Source: Bacillus subtilis subsp. subtilis str. 168
Lineage (GTDB): Bacteria > Bacillota > Bacilli > Bacillales > Bacillaceae
Length of the DNA stretch: 32,000 nucleotides
Assembly (NCBI RefSeq): GCF_000009045.1
Contig: NC_000964.3
Location: 1,830,001-1,862,000 of the forward strand
Reading direction: 5' to 3'
In this document: piece by piece, positions 1 to 10,400 of the stretch
How positions within the stretch are numbered: position 1 is the stretch's first letter
Layout: each line of letters starts with the position of its first letter
The notes under the pieces: generated by a model
What the model saw: the letters and a program-made list of their open reading frames with translations, nothing else
What the model was told of the DNA's origin: nothing
Database searches by the model: none
Translations under genes and position numbers: made by a program

Positions 1-3000
1 GATTTTATCGAAAACAAAGCAGACAGCCTGTATCTGGATCGCATCGATGATAACAAAAAAGCGTTAGCAGTCTTATCAGCGGATGAGGATACGGAAAAAA
101 TCATAGAAGCATGGATGAGCAAAGGGAAATACACGAAACTGCTGGATCTTTGGGTGAAAGGCTTGTCTTTCGACTGGGGCATGCTGTACGGCACCCAAAC
201 GCCTGTCCGGATCAGTCTTCCGGCATATCCATTTGCAAAAGAACGTTACTGGGCACCAGGCGCGGCAAAGGCCCCGGTGTCTATAGAACAGGATCATGAT
301 CAGCAAACAGAAGAACCTTTCAAGGTTATGACGTTTCAAGAAGTGTGGAAAGAAGAGCCGGCGACTCTCACATCGAAACGTATCAAAACGCTCATCTGTT
401 TTCTGACTGAAAGAGAAAAGCAAAACGCATTTGCTTCAGCCCTGAAAAACGTTGATCAAGACACCAAGGTCATTTTTATATCACAGGGCGAAGTGTACAG
501 CAAACAGTCTGAATATAGCTACCAGATTGTGCGGCAAGAACCCGTTACTTTTGAAAAGGCCTTCCAGAGCATTAAAGAAGAACTTGGAGAGCCAGATGCA
601 ATCCTCTATATGTGGCCTATGGAAGACAAGCGCTGTATAAAGGACCATTCCTGTATTGTTTACCTATTACAAGGTATGTCCGCAGCAAAGCTTCATCCTT
701 CACGGCTGCTGCTGGCAGGATGTTTTGAAGATAGTCTTGACCGAAGTTATCTGGAATCATGGATTGGCTTCGAACGTTCACTCGGGCTTGTCCTTCCGCA
801 CACAAAAGTGACTGGAATCTTTCAGCCCGCGGAACAAGGATCGATGGATGATTGGACACGTAAAGTCTGGGCAGAATTACAGGCTTCAACTGAACAAACG
901 GTTTTGTATCAGAATCTGAAACGATATGTAAATCACATTGAACAGACAACGATACAACCGGACAACAGCAAATTGAAGTCTGGCGGTACTTACCTGATTA
1001 CAGGCGGTGTAGGAGGGCTTGGTTATTTATTTGCCAAGCATTTGGCCAAAAACTATGCCGCAAACCTGATTTTGACAGGGAGGTCGCCTTTTAATGATGA
1101 GAAGCAAAAGCAAATAAAAGAATTAAAGGATCTAGGCGGCGAAGCGATGTATGCAGAAGCAGATGTGTCTGATCCTATCGCAATGGGAGACTGCGTAAAA
1201 AGAGGGAAAGACCGATTCGGTGCCATCAACGGTGTTATTCATGCAGCCGGAATCGAGAGCGACTCTGCTATTTTTGACAAAAAGATCGAAAGCTTCCAGC
1301 GCATCATTGAACCGAAAATCAACGGCACGATAGCGCTTGATGAATGGCTTAAAAATGAAGACCTTGATTTTATGTGTTATTTTTCTTCTTCTTCTGCGGT
1401 TTTAGGGGATTTTGGATGTTGTGATTATGCGATTGGCAATAGGTTTCAGATGGCTTACGCACAATACAGAAATGAGCTGCATAACGGTAAAACGTTTGTC
1501 ATCAACTGGCCTGTGTGGAAGGATGGCGGAATGAAGATCGGTGATGAGGAAACAACGGATATGTACCTGAAATCAAGCGGCCAACGCTTCCTAGAAGCCG
1601 AGGAAGGTATCCGTATGTTTGAGCACATCCTAGCTCAGCAGGATGCTCAGCATCTCGTGATAGCCGGTCAGCCCAGCCGTGTCAGCAGATTTTTAGGAAT
1701 GACTGAACCAGCTATTCCAGAACCGGCCACTCAAGCCCCTCTAGCACAAGAAAACAAGGATGAGGTAAAAACACTAAGCATTGAAAAGCGTTTAGAACAC
1801 GACTTGAAAGAGCATATTCACACATTGCTTAAGATTTCAAAGGACAAGCTGAATTTGAACAAAAATTGGGCCGACTTCGGATTTGATTCGATCTATTTGG
1901 CTAAATTCTCGAACGTGTTATCAAAGCATTTCAACATCGAAGTGACACCGGCTTTATTTTTCGGCTATTCAACTTTACAAGAATTGATCAGCTTTTTCTT
2001 AACCGATCATAAAGAGCTGATTGAAGCATTTTACCGGGATGATGCATCAGAGGCGCAAAAGCCCCCTGAAGCTTATGCAGTAATTCCTGTAGCTTTAGAA
2101 CCAGAAGCCAGTAAAAAAAGCATTCGGCAGGTTCACGATGAGCCTATTGCCATTATCGGCATGAGCGGCAGGTTCCCTCAAGCTGATTCGGTCCATGAGC
2201 TGTGGGATAATCTGAAAAACGGTAAATCGTGTATCTCTGACATTCCGGGCGAACGCCGGGACTGGGGGAGAGCTAACAGAGATCCAGAAAAAGCAGTGCC
2301 AAGGTGGGGTGCATTTTTGAAGGACATAGACCGGTTTGATCCGCTGTTTTTTCAAATATCGCCTAAAGAAGCCGAAAGCATGGACCCGCGTCAGCGCATT
2401 TTTCTAGAGGAAGCATGGCACACGTTTGAAGACGCCGGCTATATGGGAGATCGGATAAAAGGAAAATCCTGCGGTGTTTATGTAGGTGTGGAAGAAGGGG
2501 AATATGCGCATCTAACCGGAGATACGGATTACATTAACGGAACACAAAACGCCACATTGTCTGCGAGAATCGCATACGCATTGGATTTAAAAGGGCCTAA
2601 TATGGCTTTGACAGCAGCATGTTCATCTGGACTGGTGGCGATTCACCAGGCATGTTCAGCTCTGCGTCAGGGGGATTGTGAAATGGCTTTAGCGGGCGGC
2701 GTCAGCTTGAATATTTCTCACATGTCTTTTGAGGCGCTGACAAGGGCCGAAATGCTGTCTCCGAACGGACAATGCAAAGTGTTTGACCAGGATGCCAATG
2801 GTCTTGTGCCAGGTGAAGCGGTGGCTGCTGTTCTCTTGAAACCATTATCAAAGGCAATTGAAGATAAAGATCATATTTATGGCTGCATCAAGGCCAGCGG
2901 CGTGAATTACGATGGCAAAACCAACGGCATTACTGCGCCAAATCCTTTTAGCCAGGCAGAATTGATCGAAAACATTTATGAAAAAAATGAAATCAATCCG

Positions 3001-4341
3001 CTCGATATTCAATATGTGATGGCGCACAGTACCGGCTCGAATCTTGGTGATCCGCTTGAGGTCCAAGCGTTAACGAGCGTGTTCAGCAAATATACGAAGC
3101 AGAAGCAATTCTGTATGATCAGCTCAATTAAACCTTTAATCGGACATACATTTGCAGCGTCAGGAACGGTTGCTTTAATCAGTATGCTGATGGCTATGAA
3201 AAACCAGATCATTCCGGCCACTCATCACTGTGAATCGGAAAACCCGTATATTCCGTTTAAAGAAAGCCCATTTGTGCTTTGCAAAGAAAACCGTTCGTGG
3301 ATCAAGAAAAATCAGAAGCCGAGGATGGGAACGATCAGCACGACTGGAATCAGCGGCACCAATGCACATGCAGTCATTGAAGAATACATTCCGGATGATC
3401 AGCCGTCCACACAGCGGCATCAAGGGTCACCGCAGATCTTTGTGATTTCAGCCCAAAATGACGATCGGCTTCAGGATGCTGCCTGCCGCATGATTGCGTA
3501 TCTGGAGCAGAATCATAACCTTTCTTTACCTGATGTGGCATATACGCTTCAGGTTGGGAGAAAAGCCATGGAAGCAAGGCTCGCGATCGTTGCAAACAAT
3601 CAGGAGCAATTGGTGCGAAAATTGAAGGAATATGTGGAAGCAATGAAGAATGGTGGGGTATCAGGCCAACAGAGATCCCTTTATACAGGATATACAGAAG
3701 GGATTTTAGAAGAACAAGATGAAGCAGTTCTGCAAGCTCTCGCAAAAGAAAGAAATTTGGAAAACATCGCGGAATGCTGGGTGAAAGGATATCAGATTCC
3801 TTGGGAACTCCTTCATGATGGCGATGACGTTCGGATGGTTTCTTTACCTGGTTATCCATTTGCAAGGGAACGGTATTGGATTTCGTCAGGCACTCAGCAA
3901 TCAGAGGCCGTTAAACAGCATTCACAAGATATGAAAACAGAGATTGACGAGCCGAATGGCAAAACCCATATTCAAAAGATCATTGTTCAATTTTTAGCAC
4001 GAGAATTGGGCATATCTGAGGATCGAATCAATTTCAAAAGAAACTTCCTGGATTATGGGATGGATTCAATTCTTGGCCGAAAATTGATGCGGCATATCGA
4101 AAAAACCACGCAGCTGAAGATGGCCGGCCGGGAAATCCTTGAATGTCAGACAGTCCAAGCTCTATCTGACCATTTGGCCTTAAAAGCGGAAAAACAAAAT
4201 CATAGCGCAGCAGCACATCACATAAAGGGCACGTATACAGACGAGCAAATCATTGGATTGATGCAAGAGGTGGCGCTAGGGAAATTGGATTTTAAGAGTG
4301 TGCAAAACATCATAGAAGGGAGTAAATCGTATGAATCATAA
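1..4341 (+). CDS. pksM: Trans-AT polyketide synthase PksM, C-terminal part (partial; frame open at left edge). Visible domains: KR-ACP-KS-ACP-C-terminal docking helices
   Basis: Frame 1 is open from base 1 (DFIENKADSLYLDRIDDNKK...), so the tracked ATG at 115 is internal. KR motif TYLITGGVGGLG, ACP motif DFGFDSI, KS motif AACSSGLVAIH, ACP motif DYGMDSI; stop TAA at 4339-4341. Order and motifs match the bacillaene cluster. Confidence 0.93.
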   Translation, partial: DFIENKADSLYLDRIDDNKKALAVLSADEDTEKIIEAWMSKGKYTKLLDLWVKGLSFDWGMLYGTQTPVRISLPAYPFAKERYWAPGAAKAPVSIEQDHDQQTEEPFKVMTFQEVWKEEPATLTSKRIKTLICFLTEREKQNAFASALKNVDQDTKVIFISQGEVYSKQSEYSYQIVRQEPVTFEKAFQSIKEELGEPDAILYMWPMEDKRCIKDHSCIVYLLQGMSAAKLHPSRLLLAGCFEDSLDRSYLESWIGFERSLGLVLPHTKVTGIFQPAEQGSMDDWTRKVWAELQASTEQTVLYQNLKRYVNHIEQTTIQPDNSKLKSGGTYLITGGVGGLGYLFAKHLAKNYAANLILTGRSPFNDEKQKQIKELKDLGGEAMYAEADVSDPIAMGDCVKRGKDRFGAINGVIHAAGIESDSAIFDKKIESFQRIIEPKINGTIALDEWLKNEDLDFMCYFSSSSAVLGDFGCCDYAIGNRFQMAYAQYRNELHNGKTFVINWPVWKDGGMKIGDEETTDMYLKSSGQRFLEAEEGIRMFEHILAQQDAQHLVIAGQPSRVSRFLGMTEPAIPEPATQAPLAQENKDEVKTLSIEKRLEHDLKEHIHTLLKISKDKLNLNKNWADFGFDSIYLAKFSNVLSKHFNIEVTPALFFGYSTLQELISFFLTDHKELIEAFYRDDASEAQKPPEAYAVIPVALEPEASKKSIRQVHDEPIAIIGMSGRFPQADSVHELWDNLKNGKSCISDIPGERRDWGRANRDPEKAVPRWGAFLKDIDRFDPLFFQISPKEAESMDPRQRIFLEEAWHTFEDAGYMGDRIKGKSCGVYVGVEEGEYAHLTGDTDYINGTQNATLSARIAYALDLKGPNMALTAACSSGLVAIHQACSALRQGDCEMALAGGVSLNISHMSFEALTRAEMLSPNGQCKVFDQDANGLVPGEAVAAVLLKPLSKAIEDKDHIYGCIKASGVNYDGKTNGITAPNPFSQAELIENIYEKNEINPLDIQYVMAHSTGSNLGDPLEVQALTSVFSKYTKQKQFCMISSIKPLIGHTFAASGTVALISMLMAMKNQIIPATHHCESENPYIPFKESPFVLCKENRSWIKKNQKPRMGTISTTGISGTNAHAVIEEYIPDDQPSTQRHQGSPQIFVISAQNDDRLQDAACRMIAYLEQNHNLSLPDVAYTLQVGRKAMEARLAIVANNQEQLVRKLKEYVEAMKNGGVSGQQRSLYTGYTEGILEEQDEAVLQALAKERNLENIAECWVKGYQIPWELLHDGDDVRMVSLPGYPFARERYWISSGTQQSEAVKQHSQDMKTEIDEPNGKTHIQKIIVQFLARELGISEDRINFKRNFLDYGMDSILGRKLMRHIEKTTQLKMAGREILECQTVQALSDHLALKAEKQNHSAAAHHIKGTYTDEQIIGLMQEVALGKLDFKSVQNIIEGSKSYES
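979..1545 (+). other. PksM ketoreductase domain
   Basis: GGTYLITGGVGGLGYLFAKHL Rossmann motif, CYFSSSSAVLGDF Ser region, DYAIGN Tyr/Asn, NWPVWKDGGM. Confidence 0.85.
1795..2010 (+). other. PksM acyl carrier protein domain
   Basis: NWADFGFDSIYLAKFSNVL; phosphopantetheine Ser in GFDS. Confidence 0.88.
2140..3390 (+). other. PksM terminal ketosynthase domain
   Basis: EPIAIIGMSGRFPQA start; Cys codon 2620-2622 in AACSSG; His codon 3025-3027 in AHSTGS; SSIKPLIGHTFAASG; GTNAHAVIEEY end. Confidence 0.9.
3975..4190 (+). other. PksM C-terminal ACP domain
   Basis: FKRNFLDYGMDSILGRKLMRHIEK; Ser codon 4066-4068. Confidence 0.87.
4234..4338 (+). other. C-terminal helical docking region of PksM
   Basis: YTDEQIIGLMQEVALGKLDFKSVQNIIEG: two short predicted amphipathic helices separated by G-K-L, resembling four-helix-bundle docking domains of trans-AT synthases. 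Confidence 0.6.
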
Positions 4342-4408
4342 AGAAATTCTCGATGCCTTCAGATCAGGAGAATTAACCATTTCTGAGGTGGAAGAACATC
4401 TTAAAGGC
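4331..4408 (+). other. N-terminal helical docking region of PksN
   Basis: MNHKEILDAFRSGELTISEVEEHLKG; same helix-G(K/E)L-helix layout as the PksM C-terminus. Confidence 0.6.
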
Positions 4409-7400
4409 ATGAAGCGGCAGTTGAAAAGCCCGCTTTCAGAAGGGCAAAAAGGGCTGTGGATGCTTCAAAAAATGTCTCCTGGGATGAGTGCATATAACAT
4501 TCCTTTATGCTTTCGCTTCAGCAAACCAATACATGCAGAGACGTTCAAGAAAGCCCTTCTGTTTGTACAGAGACAATATCCGGTCTTAGCCAGTGTGATT
4601 CAAGAAGAAAATGGCATTCCATTTCAATCGGTTCAGTTATCAAAGGATCTTTATTTTGTGGAAGAGGATATATCAGCAATGAAATCAGCAGATATTATGC
4701 CTTTTCTAAAAGAAAAAGCAAAAGAACCTTTCCAGTTGGAAGCTGGTCCGTTATGGCGCACACACCTTTTTCATCGGTTAGAAGAATGCATTGTTCTTAT
4801 AACAATTCACCATATCATATTTGATGGTGTGTCGATGCTGACATTGATATCGGCGCTATTCGAAGCGTATCAACAATTGCTGAATGGGATTGAACCCTTG
4901 CAGCAGCCATCAACAGCTGATTATTACGATTTTGTCGATTGGGAAAATCGAATGCTGACTGGCAGAGAAGGGGAAGAGCATCTCGCTTACTGGAAAGAAC
5001 AGTTGTCTGGGAGTCTGCCAGTTCTTGATTTGCCTGCTGACCGTCCGCGGTCTTCAGCACGAAAATTTAAGGGGCAAGCTTATAAAAGCTTGCTCCCTCA
5101 TCACCTGAGAAATCAAATTAAATCGTTTGCCCGCACCAATCATGTGAATGAATCGGTTGTGTTTCTCTCCATTTACAAAGTGCTGCTGCATCATTATACA
5201 AAACAAAAGGATATCATTGTTGGCGTTCCGACAATGGGTCGGCAAGAAGACAGATTTGAAACCCTAATCGGTTATTTTATCAATATGATGGCTGTTCGGA
5301 GCAAGAATATCGGATCTCAGCCATTAACAGCATTTATTCGGGAACTGCAGCTGACAGTGGCTGTCGGCCTGGATCATGCGGCGTTTCCGTTCCCTGCATT
5401 GGTAAGAGAGCTGAATGTAGACCGCTCGGCCGCGGATTCTCCGGTTTTTCAAACAGCTTTTCTGTACCAAAACTTTTTTCAGGCAACAGGCTTGCAAAAA
5501 GTGCTTGAACCGTATCAAACGCTTGGCATCGAATATATTGAAGACATTCGGCAAGAGGGTGAATTTGAGCTGGCGCTCGAAATATATGAGCAAGAAAATG
5601 AAACAGTGCTTCATCTTCTGTACAACCCTGATTTGTACGAACTGTCCTCCATTGAAAGCATGATGGAGAACTATATGAAGCTCGCGCAGCACATGATGGA
5701 GGACCCGTCTTTGCCGCTTGAAGCCTACTCTTTGCAATTAAATCAAGAACAAACTAGTTTGCTGGAACAATGGAATGCGACAGGGACAAACATCGCAAAT
5801 GACAAGTGTATACATGAGGTGTTTGAGGAAAAAGCGAAACAAACCCCCGATGCGGTTGCTGTGATGTTTGAAGACAGATCACTTACATATAAAGAAGTAG
5901 ATGAAAAAAGCACATCTGTGGCAGTCTACCTTCAACATCAGGGTGTTAGACCTGAACAGCCCGTTGGCATTTGTGCAGAGCGTTCGTTTGATATGATCAT
6001 CGGAATTTTAGGAATACTGAAAGCTGGCGGAGCGTATGTGCCGTTAGATCCAAGTTTTCCGCAAGAACGATTAAAGTACATGCTCAAAGACAGTCAGGCA
6101 TCCATTGTCCTCACCCAACCTAACGTTCATGATAGGATCAGCGGATTAACTGGCAGCCATGTAAAAGCGATCAATATCGAGTTAGCTTGCCGAAACGGTT
6201 ATACAGACCAGCAAAGCAGCGGTTTAAAGCGGGAAGTAAAACCGGAACACCTCGCTTATATTATTTATACATCGGGAAGCACCGGAGAGCCTAAAGGGGT
6301 TATGGTAGAGCATCGGAGCATTATGAATACCCTGAATTTTCTTGAATCTCACTATCCTGTAACGGCTGAGGATGCATATTTATTGAAGACGAACTATGTG
6401 TTTGATGTATCGATCTCAGAATTATTCGGATGGTTTATTGGAGATGGCCGTCTAGTGATTCTTCCGCCTAATGGGGAGAAATCACCGCAGCTTTGCATGG
6501 ATTATATTGAAACATATAAAGTGACTCACATTAATTTTGTGCCGGCCATGCTGCATGTTTTTTTAGAAATGGCGAAAGACAACAAGCGATTCACAGAGGA
6601 CGGTCCGCTGAAGTATATGATGGTTGCAGGTGAAGCCTTCCCTAAAGTATTAGTGAAAAAGGCGGTATCGCTCTTTACAAACTGCCGTGTTGAAAATATA
6701 TACGGACCGACGGAAGCCTCCATTTACGCTGCGTATTTCGGATGCGGAAAAGGAGATATCGCAAGTCACCATACACCGATTGGAAAGCCTGTTTCCAACA
6801 CGAAAATTTATATTGTGGACCAGCATTTGAAGCCTGTCCCGATCGGAAAGCCAGGTGAGCTTTGCATCGCTGGAGCCGGCTTAGCAAGAGGCTACTTTAA
6901 AAAGCCGGGGCTTACGGCTGAAAAATTTATTGATAATCCCTTTGAATCAGGGACGAAGCTATATAAATCGGGTGATTCAGCAAGGTGGCTTCCTGACGGC
7001 AACATAGAATACTTGGGACGGATTGACAGCCAAGTCAAAATACGCGGTTTTCGCGTCGAGCTGGGCGCAATAGAAACAAAGCTGGGTGAATTTCCGGGCA
7101 TTTTAGATCAGGCGGTAGTGGTGAAGCAGCTTGAGGGCCATCAACAGCTCGCTGCTTATTATACAGAGGAAAGCGGACATGCCTCTGCCAATCCAAAAGA
7201 TTTGCGCCTTCATCTAAAATCGAGTCTGCCCGAATATATGATACCTTCACACTTTATCCGCTTAGATGAGCTTCCATTATCGCCCAGCGGAAAAGTGAAC
7301 CGTAAAGAATTAGAAAAACGCGAGATCGTGTTCAACAGAAGGAAACCAAATCACTTGCAATTAACGGAAATAGAGGATCAGGTGCTGCGCATTTGGGAGG

Positions 7401-10400
7401 AAACGCTCAAGGTCAGCGGATTTGGGCCGGAAGACGGATTTTTCGATGCGGGCGGCGATTCGCTTCTGGCTGTAGCTGTGGCTGAACGAATCAAAAAAGA
7501 ATTCGATTGTGAGTTTCATGTTACTGAGCTGTTTGAGTATTCCACGATCCGTGCAATCAGTGAATACATTTTGGAGATGAAAAACTCAGATCTAGCCGGG
7601 ACACAAAATGAAGATGATCATGATGACAAAAAAGATGGAAAATACCCGAAACAGAAGATTCCCCCTTATTTTGACGACAGTGTTGCGATTGTGGGGATAT
7701 CTTGCCAGTTCCCGGGTGCGAAAAATCATCATGACTTCTGGAACCACATCAAAGAAGGCAAAGAAAGCATACGATTCTTTTCTGAAGAAGAGCTTCGCGC
7801 AAATGGAGTTCCCGAAGAATTGATACAGCATCCTGACTATGTGCCTGTGCAATCTGTGATCGAAGGGAAAGACTTATTCGATCCCGGTTTCTTTCAAATC
7901 TCGCCAAAAGATGCTGAGTATATGGACCCTCAGCTTCGCCTCTTATTGCTGCACTCCTGGAAAGCGATTGAAGATGCAGGATATGTGGCTAAGGAGATTC
8001 CGGCAACAAGTGTATATATGTCTGCAAGCAGCAATTCATATAGAACGTTATTGCCGAAGGAGACAACAGAAGGACATGAATCACCGGATGGCTATGTCTC
8101 TTGGGTTTTAGCCCAAAGCGGAACCATTCCCACAATGATCTCACATAAGCTCGGATTAAAAGGGCCAAGCTATTTTGTTCATTCTAACTGTTCTTCATCA
8201 CTAGTCGGTTTATATCAAGCATACAAAAGCCTGACATCGGGCGAATCACAATATGCGCTTGTCGGAGGCGCAACATTGCACGCACAATCAGCGATCGGCT
8301 ACGTGCACCAAAACGGGTTGAATTTTTCAAGCGACGGGCATGTGAAGGCGTTCGATGCTTCGGCGGACGGAATGGCCGGAGGTGAAGGCGTAGCAGTCAT
8401 CCTGCTGAAAAAAGCTGTGGATGCCGTAAAAGACGGAGACCATATTTATGCCATTATGCGCGGAATAGGCATCAATAATGATGGGGCAGAGAAGGCAGGC
8501 TTCTATGCGCCAAGTGTAAAAGGCCAAACAGAAGTGATACAGCATGTATTGGATACAACCAAGATCCATCCTGAAACGGTCAGTTATATTGAAGCGCACG
8601 GGACGGGAACGAAATTAGGCGATCCTATTGAAATGTCTGCTCTAAATAAAGTGTACAAGCAATACACCGACAAAACACAATTTTGCGGAATTGGTTCAGT
8701 GAAAACGAATATCGGCCATTTGGATACAGCTGCGGGGTTAGCCGGATGTATTAAAGTTGCGATGAGTTTATACCATAATGAACTTGCACCGACCATCAAC
8801 TGTACGGAGCCGAATCCGGATATAAAGTTTGAAAGCTCTCCTTTTTATGTTGTCCGTGAACGAAAATCGTTAGAGAAACACGCAGGTGTCCATCGGGCGG
8901 CTCTGAGCTCATTCGGCCTTGGCGGAACTAACGCCCATGCAATATTTGAGCAATATGAAAACATTTCTGATGCAGGTGCCGAAAACGAAGGCAATCAGCC
9001 TTACATCATTCCTATATCAGCAAAAAATAGTGAACGGCTCCAAGTATACGCGAAGGAAATGCTGTCCTATATCAGTCAAGACGAGCAAAGGCATTTCTCT
9101 TTAAGAGATATTGCATATACCTTCCAAGTCGGCCGTGAAGCAATGGATAACAGGATCGTTTTTATAGTGAACGATCTGGAAGAGTGGAAACATCAGCTGG
9201 AAGCTTTTGTGACTGGAAAGCCGCTCGCAGAAGGCTGTATTCAAGGAGAAAAAACGAGAATGACATCCGCTGAACAGCTGCTTGGAAATGCTGAAGCAGA
9301 TGATATGGCTTCATCGCGGATATCAAAAGAAGAATTGAGAAAGCTTGCCGAGATGTGGGCAAATGGCTTTCACGTTGAATGGCGCAGGCTCTATCCAAAT
9401 ATAAAGCCACGCCGCATCAGCTTGCCGACATACCCTTTTGCCGAAGAACGATACTGGCCTGAAAGCAGCACCGGCGCTATCACAACAATTGAACCATCTC
9501 GTTTGCATCCTTTGGTGCACCATAATACATCGGTTCTGTCAGAGCAGCGTTTCAGCTCCATTTTCACAGGACAAGAGTATTTTATTGCCGAGCATATCAT
9601 TAAAGGCATGGCGATTTTGCCGGCGGCGGTCACGCTTGAAATGGCAAGAGCCGCTATAGAACAAGGAATTGGCGGATTGGAGGATCATGAAACTGGAATC
9701 AGGCTGAAAAATGTCGTGTGGGTTCGCCCGGTTGTAGCAGGAAGTGAGCCGGTTCAGGTAAATATCGGACTTTACGATGAAGATGGCGGACATATTGCTT
9801 ATCGGATGTATGGTGATCCGGAATCCGCTGATGCAGAACCAGTTGTATATAACCAAGGTAAAGCGGAATTGATTCAGTTAAAGCGAGAAAAAGCACTGGA
9901 TCTTTCTAAGATCAAGAAACAATGTGATCAAAGCAAAATGGATGCTGCCTCGTTTTATGAAGGGATGATCGGCGCCGATTACGGTCCAGGTTACAAGAGT
10001 GTAGAGGCCGTATATAAAGGCGACGGCCAGCTGCTTGCCAAATTATCACTGCCAGAATCTGTTGCACATACGTTGGGCGATTATGTTCTTCATCCAAGTG
10101 TAATGGACGGGGCGTTACAGGCGGCTGAATATTTGCAAAATGTCGTCAGAGCGGAACTTTCAGACACTGAAGACTTTAAGGCAGCACTGCCATTTGCACT
10201 GGAGGAACTTGAGGTTTTTCGTCAGTGCGTTTCTGACATGTGGGTTTATGTTCAATTCAACTCGAAAAACAAACCAGGAGATTTGATACAGAAAGTCGAT
10301 ATTCACCTATGTGATGAGCATGGCATGATCTGTGTGCGGCTGAAAGGATTTTCGACGAGAGTGATGGAGGCAGATATACAAACCGAACCATCAAAAATCA

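Noticed and set aside
3374-3865. 163-aa minus-strand ORF
   Set aside because: Fully antisense to conserved pksM domain coding, low-complexity translation, no convincing RBS or homology; a by-product of the long coding frame. The same applies to other antisense ORFs such as 5324-5737, 7592-7852, 19108-19518, 25318-25632 and 27780-28088.
115-4341. ORF track start of pksM at 115
   Set aside because: The frame is open back to base 1 with clear PKS linker sequence; the gene starts outside the window.
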